From NCBI RefSeq assembly GCF_000143415.4, contig NW_003314275.1, forward strand, positions 498,759-562,758: DNA of 64,000 nt, written 5' to 3'. A program made the position numbers and the translations under genes. The stretch's first letter is position 1; each line of letters starts with the position of its first letter. This stretch comes from Selaginella moellendorffii (Eukaryota; Plantae; Lycopodiophyta). The notes under the pieces are model-generated. The model made no database searches. It was not told the DNA's origin and saw only the letters and a list, made by a program, of their open reading frames with translations. Of the stretch, positions 1 to 12,126 are shown piece by piece.

Positions 1-377
1 TCGTGGGATTGAACCTGACCCTCTTTTCGTAGCGCAACGGACTTGGAGTTTGGCTCCAAATTCAAGTGCACTACATTGACTCTAATCCAACTTTGTTAAA
101 CAGGGCCTTTTATTTTCCAACAAAACACCAAAAAACTGGATGTAGTTTCATTGGGCATGAAACCAGCAAAGAGCTTTTACCTAGAGGGGCCTACCATGGA
201 AATACTTATGGAGAGGGGGCTTGCTCGTGAACTGGATCCCAAAGGTTTGCCTAGATGTGTCACCCAGAACCATTTGTCCAGTGGTGTCCACATCCATTCC
301 CAAGTACCTACCTTCCCTTGCTTCCACAAGAAATGTTAGATTAGTGCTTCTTTCTTAACTTTTTCTAGACCATTTTT

Positions 378-454
378 CCACTCTTTACTATATATATTAA
401 AACTGATACAAAAATAAGAAGTAAAATGGTAGAGTAAAGATTTTTCCTTGCCAT
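378..454 (-). pseudogene. 5' fragment (signal-peptide part) of the kissper-like peptide gene
   Basis: Homologous to 53434-53510, with the ATG at 454. Homology stops at ~378. Confidence 0.75.
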
Positions 455-847
455 GAATACTGATAAGAATTTAAAAAAGAAGTAATACAATAGGTAGAGA
501 AAACTAGATTTAAATACTCTAAAATATTAATAGAATATGAGATATTCCACAATGTTTAGCTTTTGTCCTTACATATGATAGTTATAAAGTAATTAAAACA
601 AAAATACAACAAATAATTCAACCAATATACTTTATAACTTTAATAGTTATAGTGTGCCACCTATATATCCTCCTCCATACTTTCTCTAGATTTAACCTTA
701 TTTGTTTGTTCTATGCTATTCATGAGAAGGTTTAGGGTTTAGGGTTTAAGTTGTGGAGTCAAACTAGGTTATTGGTGTGCCAAACAATATAAAAAATGGA
801 AATTTATTTACTTCTTTTATTTATAAATAATTTATTGATTTATTGAT

Positions 848-1128
848 TTAGTTAGAACCAACAGGAGATAAAAGCTCATTAGGTGTAGGTAAATCTTCCT
901 CAGGAGGAGGTAAAATATCTAAAGAAGGTGATTGAATTTTCCCAGTATTTAGACAGAGATTAGTGTTCATATTGGAATCATGTTCGTAAATTCCATTGAA
1001 ACATGCAATTTTACCCTTACATTCACCATGTGAACTACATGATTCTCCACATTTTTTTAAACTATATATATTAAAACTAATACAAAAATAAGAATTAAAA
1101 TGGTAGAGTAAAGATTTTTTCTTGCCAT
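848..1128 (-). pseudogene. Degenerate kissper-like secreted Cys-rich peptide paralog
   Basis: Clear homology to 53789-54079 and 53217-53510, with an internal deletion near 1060. Confidence 0.8.
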
Positions 1129-1596
1129 AAATACAAATAAGGATACAAATGAAGAAAAGTAAAACAATAAGAAGAGTAAATTACTTGACTTAGATACCAC
1201 CAAAATATCAATAAAATATAATATATTCAACAATGTTTAGCTTTTGTCCTTACCAATATAATACATATAAAGTAATTAAAAACAAAAGAACAACTAATAT
1301 AATTGATATACTTCACAATTGCAGTATGCCATTTATCTCCCTTTCCACTCATTCTCTTTTGGTTTGGGGTCACTTGATCTTATCAACATTCTCTTCAACA
1401 CTCATTAATAACAACATTTAATTAGCCCAATAGAAAATCATTTAATTTGGACTTTAAATCCTAAACCCTAAACACAGTATTACTATTATACATTTAAAAC
1501 CCCCCACAACTTTTTCCCATTGCTAGCCTTGCCAAAATCCCCCCTCTCTAGTCACTCTTTCTGGGTTTAGGCTCATTTAGTGTTATAAATATGACA

Positions 1597-2160
1597 GTTG
1601 TGGGGTGTTCCAAATGTATAATAGGGATAGTGAATAGGTCGAGCATGGCCAACAAACTTAAAGCATAGTCTAACTCTTGCTTGTATGCTTGTCATTGTTT
1701 TGCGTCTAATCTTAAGTTCCACATCATGCTAGTTATATCTTTGCATTAGGCCACCAATATGCTAAAATAGCACCAAATTCTATTTGGCTCTGTTTTACAT
1801 GTTGGTTTTGGCATTGGGATGCTAGAAGCTCTAGCACTATTCTAATGTCACTTCATACTCCTATCCTTTCGCTCCTTAGGCTGAACACTCAGGAGTCACT
1901 CCGTGCTCTAGGTATTTTGCTCCTTGGCTGCAAGCTTAGGAGTTTGGCTCTGTACCTTCATTCAATGGCCTATGGCATTGAAAATTGGGTTCTGCACTAT
2001 TGTTCTTGGACACATGGCATATAAAGGGTTTAGGTTCTACTTCATGGTTTTCCTATGGTAAATCACTATAGCATAGAGGGTAAAAACCTCATGCACTATA
2101 TTTGGTATCAAAAGATGAGACTCTACGAGTATTATTCAATAAGATTGAGCAACTAGTCTT
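1597..2160 (+). mobile_element. Old partial 5' LTR plus tRNA-iMet PBS of the LARD-like family
   Basis: Diverged reverse-complement match to LTR 26665-27215. It ends ATGCACTATA (cf. GCGCTACA), followed by TT TGGTATCAAA at 2103. Confidence 0.75.
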
Positions 2161-2199
2161 GTTGTATATATAGAAATGAAAATGATGATCCGAGTGTGT

Positions 2200-4775
2200 A
2201 TATATTTGGGTGCTTGGGACTATTCCCAACTTCCAGGAGTCCCTATGGACACAGTCACACACCGCATTACCCTTTCCGAATCTGCAAAGCCTATCAAGTA
2301 GAAGATGTGCCACTATAATCCAGCATTACTACCAGACATCAAAACTGAGATCCAAAAGCTTCTGTCAGTCAACTTCATCTTTCTAGTGGAGCATTTAGAG
2401 TGGGTGGCAAACCTTGTCCCAACTTGCAAAACCAATGGTAAACTCTGGCTTTGTGTGGACTTTCGAGATCTCAACAAAGTCACACTATGAAATCATTTTC
2501 CCATGCCTTTTGTGGACTTTGTTATTGATGAGTTAGTAGGCCATCACTTCTACTCTTTTATGGATGGGTTCTCGGGCTATAACCAGCTTTTCATCGTGAG
2601 CTCACAGCATTCAAGACACCTTGGGGGGTATTCGCATACAACATGTTGCCATTCGGGCTTTGCAACGCAGGAGCCACATTCTAGCGGTTTATGACCTATG
2701 CATTCCATGATATCCTGGGGGATGCTCTTCAAATATACATGGATGACCTCTGCTCAACCTCAGCCACATTTTATGACCACCTTCACCACTTAGAGCAAGT
2801 TTTTCTTCGTTGCCAACATCATCGGTTCACACTTAACCCACTGAAGTGTAAGTTTTGTGTCACCAAACGCCACCTCCTCAGTTTTGATGTCTCTCGTGAT
2901 GGAATCCAGCTGCATGATGCAAAGAGAAAAGAGATTCTTGACTCCTCTCCAGCAAACATCAAACAAGTACAACAATTTCTCGGCCAAACTGGTTTCTTCC
3001 GCTGGTTCATCCACGACTACGCCTCTCTCACACGTCCATTGGTGGCTTTTCTCAAGCACGACACACCCTTTCGTTGGGATGATTTAGCCCAACAAGCTTT
3101 CAACAAATTACATGCAACACTACGACAAGCTCCAATACTATAACCATTGGTTCTTGGCCAACATTTTGACATATTTGTCACTACCAGCAATGAAGCATTT
3201 GGAGTTTGCATCTATCAACGTGCTGCACCAGGCCAGCCACTTCATGCCACATACTTTTCTTCCCACTCCTTGACAGAGTCTGAGCAAAAGTTTGTAACTG
3301 TTGAAAAGGAAGCTGTTGCAGTGGTGTACACTCTTCGGTGTTTCTGGCGCATGCTCTTAGGGAGTCATATCATTTTTCATGTTTCCTCTCATGTACTAAC
3401 ATATCTCCTGCAGAAAGCTTTTCAAAACACACGCATTCTTTTGTAGATCACCACCATCCAAGAGTTCCAGCCGGAGTTTGTCATCAAGCGAAGGTGCATT
3501 CTTGATCCTAGTTCATTCCTGGTGTCAACAATGAACACTCAGGCCATTCCACAGACTCTCGAGGCCTCAAGCAAGTTCCCAGTACACCTCACAAAGGAAC
3601 AACGAGCAGCTCTTGGAGTCAAAGCATGGAACTATTGCCTCCTCGATGGCTCCTTATACCAGTGGACTTCCTCTACTGTTCTTCTCAGATGCGTCCTCGA
3701 GCGAGAGGTTTCCCAATTATTACAAGTTTTCCACACTTGTGCGGGACACTTCTCTGGGAAGACTACTGCTCAGCTTCTCCTTCAACATGGATACTTTTGG
3801 ACAACGATGCATCAAGATGCCATAGACTACCCCAACCGTTGCTTACAATGCTAACAGTTCAATCCACAGAACCATGTCCCTCCTCTTCCTTTCACATTCA
3901 TCACTTCTCTAGGACCTTTCTTCAAATGAGGACTTGACTTCATTGGCACCATCTCACCTCCTAGTTCACAAGGTCATCGATATCTCCTCATGGCCACTGA
4001 TTACTTCACGAAGTGGGTGGAAGCAATTCCTCTTCAACATGCAGATCAACTTTCCAAGGCAAAGTTCCTCTATGAATCAATCGTTTGCAGATTCGGCATC
4101 CCAGCAGTCTTCATCTCTGATTGTGGAGGAGCATTCTTGAGCCGAGTAGTTGAGCACCTCATGGAAAAGCTGGACATGCAACACACTCTGAGTAGCAGCC
4201 ATTTCCCTCAAGTGAACAGCCAGGCAGAGTCCTCCAACAAGATCTTAAAGTCCATCCTTGGCAAGCTGATCGCTGATCATCTCGCAAATGGCATGACCAC
4301 TTGGCAATTGCACTTTGGGCTTTTAGGACATCCTTTAAGTTTTCCATCTTAGCCACTCCTTTCTCTTTGGTTTATAGCACAGAGGCTGTCCTTCTGGTGG
4401 AGCTCATAGTTCCATCATTGTCACTTTCACTTCCACATGATGCAGACACATGACTTATAGCAGATGAGAAGTTACAGGCTCGAGCCTAGGACATCATTGC
4501 CTTGGATGAACAACGACATGCAGCTGTTAATCACCTCCATGCTGCAAAATGCAAACTCAAAGCCCGAAAGGACCGTGCCAAGCTAGATGATGAGTTTGCA
4601 CTGGGACAGCTAGTTCTTCTCCAGGACTTGAATGTACCATTCAAGTTCTCTCCAAGGTGACAGGGACCATTCTTCATCCAACAGTGTCTTGGTCATGGTT
4701 CTTACACCTTGGTTGATGAGGATGGTCGTGATCTTCCCCATCTTCATAACCAGTCACCTCAAGGCTTTCATCCAG
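2200..4775 (+). pseudogene. Degenerate Ty3/gypsy pol (RT-RNase H-integrase), Tat-like, related to 38165-44345
   Basis: Fragments WVANLV..CVDFRDLN, SFMDGFSGYNQ, YMDD, EKEAVAVV, H..H..C..C and TDYFTKWVEA. Many stops and frameshifts. Confidence 0.9.
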
Positions 4776-5949
4776 TGACGTCTTTCCTTTCTTTTTGTTT
4801 TGTTTTGTTTTCTTTGTTGTTTTCACTTGTTTCTCATGTCCTACCAGGCCATATGCTCCTGCCAACACAAGCTCAAGCTTAGATTACAGCCTCAAGGTGG
4901 CCTTAACTCCACTCATCTAGGAGCTCATTCATCTTCTAGCCTTTCCCCTTGGTTCCTAGGTTCTTGTCTATCACTTTCAGGAACACATCCTCCTCTTCAT
5001 TTCCATCCACTTACATTCACGAATCATCACCCTATCCACTTTCATAATCTCTACATTCCATCATCACAAATACCCACTCTTAGTTTTTTGTCACTTCCAC
5101 ACTATGCATATATGGTACTTTGACTCTTCCAACATCACTATATTTCAAAGACTTTCAACAGTACAATGCAATAAAAATCACATTTTTTAGACGTCAGAGA
5201 CAAAAGATACAACTTAAACCATCACATTGTGAAACTTGAGGCAAATCCAAGGACATCCCAGCTCTTTTCTTTAGTCGGTTGGGCCTGCACAGAACAGGCA
5301 TCCAAACACTCATCAATGAAGCAGACAAAACTCCTCACTCCACGTACTTCTAGCTGTGTTTGCCTATATCATCTTAGATTGCACTACATGCTATTTCAAA
5401 TCCTAACAGCATATCAATTGCTACTTCCAGTCTTGTTACATCATGTCACGCATGGTCCTCTTCTCTATCATCTACCATAAGGCGGCCTTCATTCCACTTA
5501 TCCCATCACCTCTTGGGCCACAATCTTCATCTCTTTTCACACATACTTGTACTGCACAATGCATTCACTCCACTCCACTTTCTTCCCTGGAACTTTAGGG
5601 GTGAGCTAGGCATGTTCAAGGAACTTCTTGGAGGTGTGGGGACCTGTGAGGTTGGGGTCCAAATTTGTGCCTTGTTTTTCTATTATTTTTCATCTTTTTC
5701 TTTGTGTTTCTCTCTTTGTCATTTTTCCAGATTTGAGCATCTAATTCTGGCTTACAGTTTCCCATGGTTTTCCCTCTAACCCAGAACTTCACACTCCATT
5801 TCCTTTTTCACATTTGCAGCATTTTCTCTTTCCTTTTCTTTTTCTTGTTTCTACCACTTGCAGTAGTTACCAGCTCTTGACATTAGAGTTCTTTAGCTTG
5901 GTTGTGGATTCTCACCATGTTAGAACCTGTGATAATCCACTATAGTCAC

Positions 5950-6050
5950 CTATTACCTACTCCTACTCCCACTCCTCTTACTCCTACTCCTGCTCCTGCT
6001 CCTACTCCAACTCTTTTTACTCCTGCTCTTGCTCTTACTCCTCCTACACT
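5950..6050. repeat. CTCCTA/CTCCTG 6-mer degenerate tandem repeat
   Basis: Visible periodicity. Similar in composition to the reverse complement of 37490-37605. Confidence 0.7.
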
Positions 6051-6054
6051 TGGT

Positions 6055-6240
6055 TGTAACTGTGGGCATCTTGAGAGAGAGAGGAAATATTTTAATTCTT
6101 GGGATATTCCAAATGGCTGTATAAAACCCCTACGAGGGAGAAATACTAAAGGTTCGGCAGTTTGTGACCTGAGCTAAAGCATGGAGAGAGAGAATTTAGG
6201 ATGTGAGTAAAGCCATAGAGAGGAGGATTGAGATGCCACA
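6055..6240 (+). mobile_element. Probable short LTR of the Tat-like remnant
   Basis: TGTAAC...GCCACA ends, and a (GA)n-GGAAATATT...TATTCC-TAAAACCC layout resembling the LTR at 31637. No clear PPT. Confidence 0.45.
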
Positions 6241-7540
6241 CCTTAACAATGCCTTAAAGAGGCTAGCTATGCATGATCAACACTTAGTCGCAATTAAAGT
6301 GAAGACCATGAGATGAACTCATATTGATACACAACTTCTTCATATACAAAGCTATAATAGGGGTATTAGCATTTTAGCTGCAAATAACTAAATTAAACAT
6401 TACCATCCTCAGCAAAAGTGCAAGGCTACCAACACCAAGTCAAGATTAGTAAGAACTCACTACTCTCATATATATTATGAAATGCAAGGTGCAACTTGCC
6501 ACCTAACATAATATTACAAAAGAAAGGCACAAAGGTCATATTTTTAGAAAAGCTCAATCGCCATTTTTTTACACCAACTCCAAACTTTATTTAACTCAAT
6601 TGTTTTAACCTAAAAGTTAGCATCCTTTTTGGGCCGCATCATACTAAAGTTTAAGATAAACAAAGTCAACAAATATAAGAATGATATTCAATGCTTAAGC
6701 ATATTGTTGGATTATAAGAAATTTTTCCCAAAAACTATTCCATTTTCAAAAACCATTATAAATTAGTGAAGGGGGTTTCAATATCGATATCTGCAAAATG
6801 TAAAATGAATATCCAAAACTCGATTATGAAGATTATATCTTTGGATATCCACATTGTACTAACACTCTTCTCCAATCACCTTCAAAATCTAGTATGAAGC
6901 TAAAACTCTAACAAAAAAAATAACATGGAAAATCAAGCTCTAAGAAAAGTTCCTTATTACTCAACATAAATAATGCCACTTTCATTAACACAAGTGCTAA
7001 CAATGTGAATGCTTCATCTACACACCTTCTTTATCCAACAATTTACTCCAAGTTTAACAAATAAACTAATAAGCCATAACAAGTGAATGTTATAACCCTT
7101 TCCAAAATCTCAATGGGTAAACTCTTAAATAAACAAGGTACCAACTTAAACTTAGCATAATGAATCACTATCAAGAATTTATTCAAAGCTACTACAATGC
7201 TATTACATGCAAGTAGATTAGCTTTATTATCAACCACTTTGTGGTTGATTATTGTTTAACTAAGCAACTTCATAAACATATTACTCACAATCACATAGAT
7301 ATGATATAACTATTACAATGATTTGATCATCAATTGAGCAATACCACAAGTAATGCCCTTGTCATTACTATAAAGATTTATATGAGTATCAAGTGCCACC
7401 TCAATTTGACAAAATGCAACATAAAAGCCACACCCTACCGATAGAGATTTACAACACCTAATACCAAAATAGGGACTTTTGATTGTAAAATGTGAACATG
7501 AGCAATGAGTTAACACTCCATTATAAATCATCTCTCCAAG
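6241..7540 (-). mobile_element. Internal-region fragment of the LARD-like family
   Basis: Homologous to 25380-26580 and to the reverse complement of 49440-50870. Confidence 0.85.
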
Positions 7541-7719
7541 AAGAGAAAATGATTTACATGTTTGATCCTTCGTCCCTGAAAACTTTATTTTCAGTCTTAA
7601 CTTTGACTAAACTTTAAACTTGTGTTTGCACAGCCTTCAGTTTAATCCAAGAAAATTTTATAAGAGAGCATGGCAATGAGTACTTGAACCAATAGACTAA
7701 TCCCTATAGTCTGGATTGA

Positions 7720-8428
7720 TCTACTTATAATCATGCCTAAGAAGGATCCATTAGTGCTATGCCAAATAGTTATGAATCAGCCTATTCTTTGCTCTTGGCA
7801 CTGACTCTTCAAATTGCCCAATTGATACAAGAAACTGGCTCACGAAAAATAACCTTTTCAACCTTTGGCACTGGACTTACTTGTGTAACAACTGGCACCT
7901 CCTCCACTCCATGTTCCTTAGTTCTTTTTTGGTGTCGTGAAACAGAATGGTAATCAAACTTTGGATGGTGAGAGTTAGGAGTGATGTTTGGCCCATCAAA
8001 TGTCTGTCAACACTTCATACGGGCTGTTCTCATGTCCCCGAGTGATTCATAACTTGATTTCATAGGAGTTCCAGCAACAACTTCCTCCACCATCTTAGAC
8101 ATTGACCCTGCTACTAGTGTTGTCCTTTTACCAACCTGCTCTTGAAGCTTGTTTAAGTTCAGACCTGTACCAGCAAACCTTGCTTCTTGTGCAGCCAAAT
8201 CTTTTGATGACTACTCAAGAGATCTAATGAGGTTGGAGAGCATAGCTTCATAAAGAACATTTTTCCTTTCCCTGCTTTAGAAGCTCTCTAACTCCAATGT
8301 TTGCTCTCAGGGAGATTAATTGTTGATGTAAGTGCTATGTTATCAAGTGGTTGATCCTACAAAAAATGCAACATTTGAATGTGACAAAAAAGAAAATGAG
8401 AGAAAGCTTACATGGAGAGTATAATGAC
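7720..8428 (-). pseudogene. C-terminal part of the MULE-like transposase, including the catalytic E motif
   Basis: Continues in frame from 16261 across TSD ATGAC (QWGH|YTLH). An intron at ~8357-8411 is followed by TINLPESKH..LYEAMLSNLIRSL..GTGLNLNKL. Confidence 0.75.
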
Positions 8429-9098
8429 TGTCAACCGTATATACGGTCGTATTTTCATACTTGAGGTTGCTTTTGTGAGTACTGACGTATTTCTAAGTTA
8501 GAAAAAAGGTGAAAATTGAAGAAGCTCGCTGAAGAAGCTTCCTATGAATATTTCGTCTAGAGAGAGAAAAAGTGACGGATTTCAGAAGTGAGAATTTGAA
8601 GAAGTTGTTTCTATGAAGTTGAAGATCTGATCAAGGGCAGTTCTTTGGTGGTGAAATCAAGTCGATCAGAGTTGTGGATGAAAAGTTATTAGCTGGGAAA
8701 GTTTCAGCCATTGGTTGGTGTTTAAGTTTTTGGGAGTTTGAAATTAGGGACGGCCATTCAGTTATTTTACAGTTCTTGTTTTCTCTCGGGTTCTGGAGTT
8801 CTCTTGGCTCGAAGATGGTGAGACCTCCTATAGGCCGTCGAGATCCAGTCGCCGATCGCGTCACCAATAACATGCGGATAAGGCGTGCGATCGAGGAGCT
8901 GAGAATTCAAGAGGAGCAGCAAATTCCAACTACCTGTCCAACCTGTGGTCAAGTGTGGTACCGTTACTTACGTGTGATCATAGAAGAGTTACTGCAGGCC
9001 CAGCGCACTCAGTATGAGTGATTTGTAGTTACTGCTGAAATACAAGCCCTAGGGGAGTCTTTCCCATCTTTCTTGGTTGTCGTGTATTTTTTCCCACA
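8429..9098 (+). repeat. 5' LTR (670 bp)
   Basis: TG...CA termini; direct repeat of 15591-16260. Confidence 0.97.
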
Positions 9099-9103
9099 TT
9101 TTT

Positions 9104-9121
9104 TGGTGCGTTAGCCGGGAG
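9104..9121 (+). promoter_or_regulatory. Primer-binding site, tRNA-Gly-like
   Basis: TGGTGCGTTAGCCGGGAG just after the LTR; resembles the complement of tRNA-Gly(UCC) 3' ends. Confidence 0.7.
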
Positions 9122-9444
9122 GGCTTAGTCGCAGTAACTGCACAGTAAACCGGGCCTGAGGAAAAGGCCGGTCATCTGCGGGCATCTGCAGTAAGCATCC
9201 TTTGCCGCAGTTGGTTCTCGGTCTGGCGGGTAGATCCCCGGACTGGGATAATTTTCTAGATTTTTCTACTAGGAGGGCAGAGCAGAATCGAGGCTGTTCT
9301 GAACGAGCAGCGAGGAGACTGTTGCAGAATTCGCCTGAAACCAGCCCTGAAACTAGTTCGAGGACTTCGGACTCAAGTTTGAATTGGGAGGAGTGGGGGC
9401 CATTTGAACTAGCATCGCCCACACCTCAAGCAGTAAATCCTCAA

Positions 9445-12126
9445 ATGGCACAGCCTGCCAACGCAAGGATGAAGTATCCAACGTTTACACAGACTGACGA
9501 TCCAGACACTCACGTAACTGCTTTTGAAAACGTCAGCACAGCAAATCAGGAGCAGGCAGATGCTGTGAGAGTCCGTCTGTTTCTGGCGACGTTGCTGGGA
9601 GCAGCAGCAGAATGGTATGGTCAGGCGAATGCAGCAGCAGCCTTTGCAGCCTGGGCAGACCTCAAAACGGCATTTCTCAATGCTTTCCGTCCTATGGGAT
9701 TCAAGCAGCGTATCAATGATGAGCTAAATTCAATTCAATTGTTACCTGGAGAGACATTGCAAAATTATGTTCTTCGCTACAAGAGGCTGCTCGCGAGGAA
9801 AGATCCACAGCCTGCTGTTGACGACCAAGTCCGCTGGTTCTTGAATGGGTTGCCATTTGAAATCGGGTTCCACGTGAAGGTGCAAAGACCGGCAGATTTG
9901 AACGCAGCAGTGGAGCACGCAGCAACATGGGAACAGGCCCGGATGTCATCACGGAATATTGCAGCTGCAGCTCCACCAGTAACATATGGTAACTTGTTCT
10001 CACCGAATATTGCACAGTACCAGACTGGTGTGCTTGGAGCCGTAGCAGCTCCACCTTTGATTCCGGTCCAGCCGTCAGTTCTCCAGTTACCTGCAGTAAA
10101 CACGACCGGATTTGAGAGCCAACTCACGAAAGTGAAAGAAGATGTGGTGGAGACACTTACCAAGAAGATGGCGGAACTCCAAGTGAGTTTGGTTCAAGGT
10201 TTGGGAGCTCCAACTCGGCCGGGGCATGAGAGAGCTGAGATCTGGTGCATTAAGTGTCAAGGATATGGCCACTATCCTAGTGAGTGTCCGAATCTGGTTC
10301 CGGTAAAAGCTCCTTGTCCGTATTGTGGGAAGTTCGGCCACAAGCCTGAGAAGTGCTTTTTTCATCCAGCTCGTGTGACGCCCAAGTTCCAGCAGCAACT
10401 TGTAGTCACAAGCTATTATGTTCAACCACAATTTCCACAGCAGCACGTTCAACCACAATTTCACCATCAACAACAATTTCCACAGCAGCAGGTTCAGCAC
10501 CAGCAGTATGAGACGTACCCGGTTTTTAACGTAGGAGCTCCAGGGGCCGTGCAGAACTCGGGGCCAATGCTGCAGCAGACTGCCGGTGGAGGGCGAGGTG
10601 GCGGCCGGATGGGAATGTTCGGAGGCAGAGGCCGAGGCCGAGGCCGAGGTCCGATAGTGTGCTACCGGTGTGGGGAACCTGGACATATCGCGCCAAACTG
10701 TCCGAATGCACAGAAGTCTGAAGAGTATCAGCCAATCTGTGGGATATGCCAGACACAGGGACTTCATCGGCAGGAGGATTGCCCCTACCGCTTGCAAGTG
10801 CCAAATCAGTGTCAAAATCAGGACAAGGGAAAAGAGGTGGTGGATACTAAAGCCATTTTCGTGAATTCTGAAGAGTTACAAGCGGACACACCTGTGTGGA
10901 ATGTCAACACACGAGCACAGTTGCAGCGGAGGGACCGCGGGTTGTACATTCGAGATGAGCCGAGAACAAGGGCTGAACAGGGAATTGAGCGGACGCATAC
11001 TCAGGAGGATCCAGAGATGATAGCTCGCCAAAACAGGAAGGAGCAGCGCCACAAGGAAAAAATGGGGATCGACTTAGGTCTGGAAGGAGGCGGTATTCAG
11101 GATGCGCCGATAGCCGATGGCGGAGATCTCGCAAAGAATATCACGGGGACTATTCAGTGCCCTAATGACGGCAAGGAAACGGACGCGAACCAGGTGAGTG
11201 GTGGAATGGATCCGCAAGAGGTTATGAGGAAGGTGGGCATCTCGACGCCGCAGCGGCTGGCAGAGGTATTCAAGGAACATTTTGGGGGTGAGCCGTTGAA
11301 GATGGGCCAGCGGAGATCTCGCCGGTATAAGCAGGTGCTGAATCTAGAAACTCAGCCCTACGATGTGCTCAAGGACTTAGAGAATCAGAAGCCGAGTATC
11401 ACATTTGCACAATTACTACGGTTGGCACCAAGTCTGAGGAAAGTGATGGCCACAGCAGTTAAGGCCCATCGAGAGGTGGTAGTGAATGCAGCATGGCCAA
11501 TGATCGAAGCAGAGAATCCGATTATAGATGCAGAGATTTCAGGTCAGCACTTGAAGGGGTGCGTGATTGACGGAGGTGCTGCCATCAACGTAATGCCTGA
11601 GCAAATGGTGTCGAAACTTGGGTTGGAGCAGCCGTCTCCAGTTTATTTTCGTGTCCGTATGGCGAACCATTCTCGCTCGAGACCGGTTGGTGTACTTACT
11701 GGGGTGAAGACGGAGATTGCCGGTTTTATCTTTTATGTTGATTACGTGGTGCTGAGGATGGTTGGACACGAGCTGGATTATCCAATTCTTTTGGGAAGAC
11801 CGTGGCTGTTACAGGCCTGGGCAGATCAGAGCTGGCCGAAGGGGACTATTACGATTGGAGATGGAAACAAGTCGCGCACTATCCAAGTTCGGACAAGGAA
11901 GAGGCCGGCCTGGACTCCAGTAGCGTGTGAGCTGATAGTGGATGGGATCGATGACAGCAGTGATACCACGACTGGATCAGAAGCAGGAGAGCGTATGAGT
12001 GAGGTGTGTTCAGAGCAGAGTCGTTCGAATGATGAGAGTTCAGTGGAGGTTGCAGCTGTGGAGCCCTGCTCCGGCTACGACGCCCTGCTGCTGTCACCTT
12101 TTGAAGATGGAACAGCGAGCGATTGA
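9445..12126 (+). CDS. gag: Gag-protease polyprotein (capsid, 4 Zn knuckles, Q-rich and RGG segments, aspartic protease)
   Basis: Open frame 9202-12126 with first ATG at 9445. Three CX2CX4HX4C motifs plus one variant; VIDGGAAIN and ILLGRPWL protease motifs. Confidence 0.92.
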   Translation: MAQPANARMKYPTFTQTDDPDTHVTAFENVSTANQEQADAVRVRLFLATLLGAAAEWYGQANAAAAFAAWADLKTAFLNAFRPMGFKQRINDELNSIQLLPGETLQNYVLRYKRLLARKDPQPAVDDQVRWFLNGLPFEIGFHVKVQRPADLNAAVEHAATWEQARMSSRNIAAAAPPVTYGNLFSPNIAQYQTGVLGAVAAPPLIPVQPSVLQLPAVNTTGFESQLTKVKEDVVETLTKKMAELQVSLVQGLGAPTRPGHERAEIWCIKCQGYGHYPSECPNLVPVKAPCPYCGKFGHKPEKCFFHPARVTPKFQQQLVVTSYYVQPQFPQQHVQPQFHHQQQFPQQQVQHQQYETYPVFNVGAPGAVQNSGPMLQQTAGGGRGGGRMGMFGGRGRGRGRGPIVCYRCGEPGHIAPNCPNAQKSEEYQPICGICQTQGLHRQEDCPYRLQVPNQCQNQDKGKEVVDTKAIFVNSEELQADTPVWNVNTRAQLQRRDRGLYIRDEPRTRAEQGIERTHTQEDPEMIARQNRKEQRHKEKMGIDLGLEGGGIQDAPIADGGDLAKNITGTIQCPNDGKETDANQVSGGMDPQEVMRKVGISTPQRLAEVFKEHFGGEPLKMGQRRSRRYKQVLNLETQPYDVLKDLENQKPSITFAQLLRLAPSLRKVMATAVKAHREVVVNAAWPMIEAENPIIDAEISGQHLKGCVIDGGAAINVMPEQMVSKLGLEQPSPVYFRVRMANHSRSRPVGVLTGVKTEIAGFIFYVDYVVLRMVGHELDYPILLGRPWLLQAWADQSWPKGTITIGDGNKSRTIQVRTRKRPAWTPVACELIVDGIDDSSDTTTGSEAGERMSEVCSEQSRSNDESSVEVAAVEPCSGYDALLLSPFEDGTASD

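Noticed and set aside
7545-7640. Candidate left TIR of the MULE-like element
   Set aside because: It contains a TTGACT in the same orientation as the right end, not inverted, and there is no TSD match.
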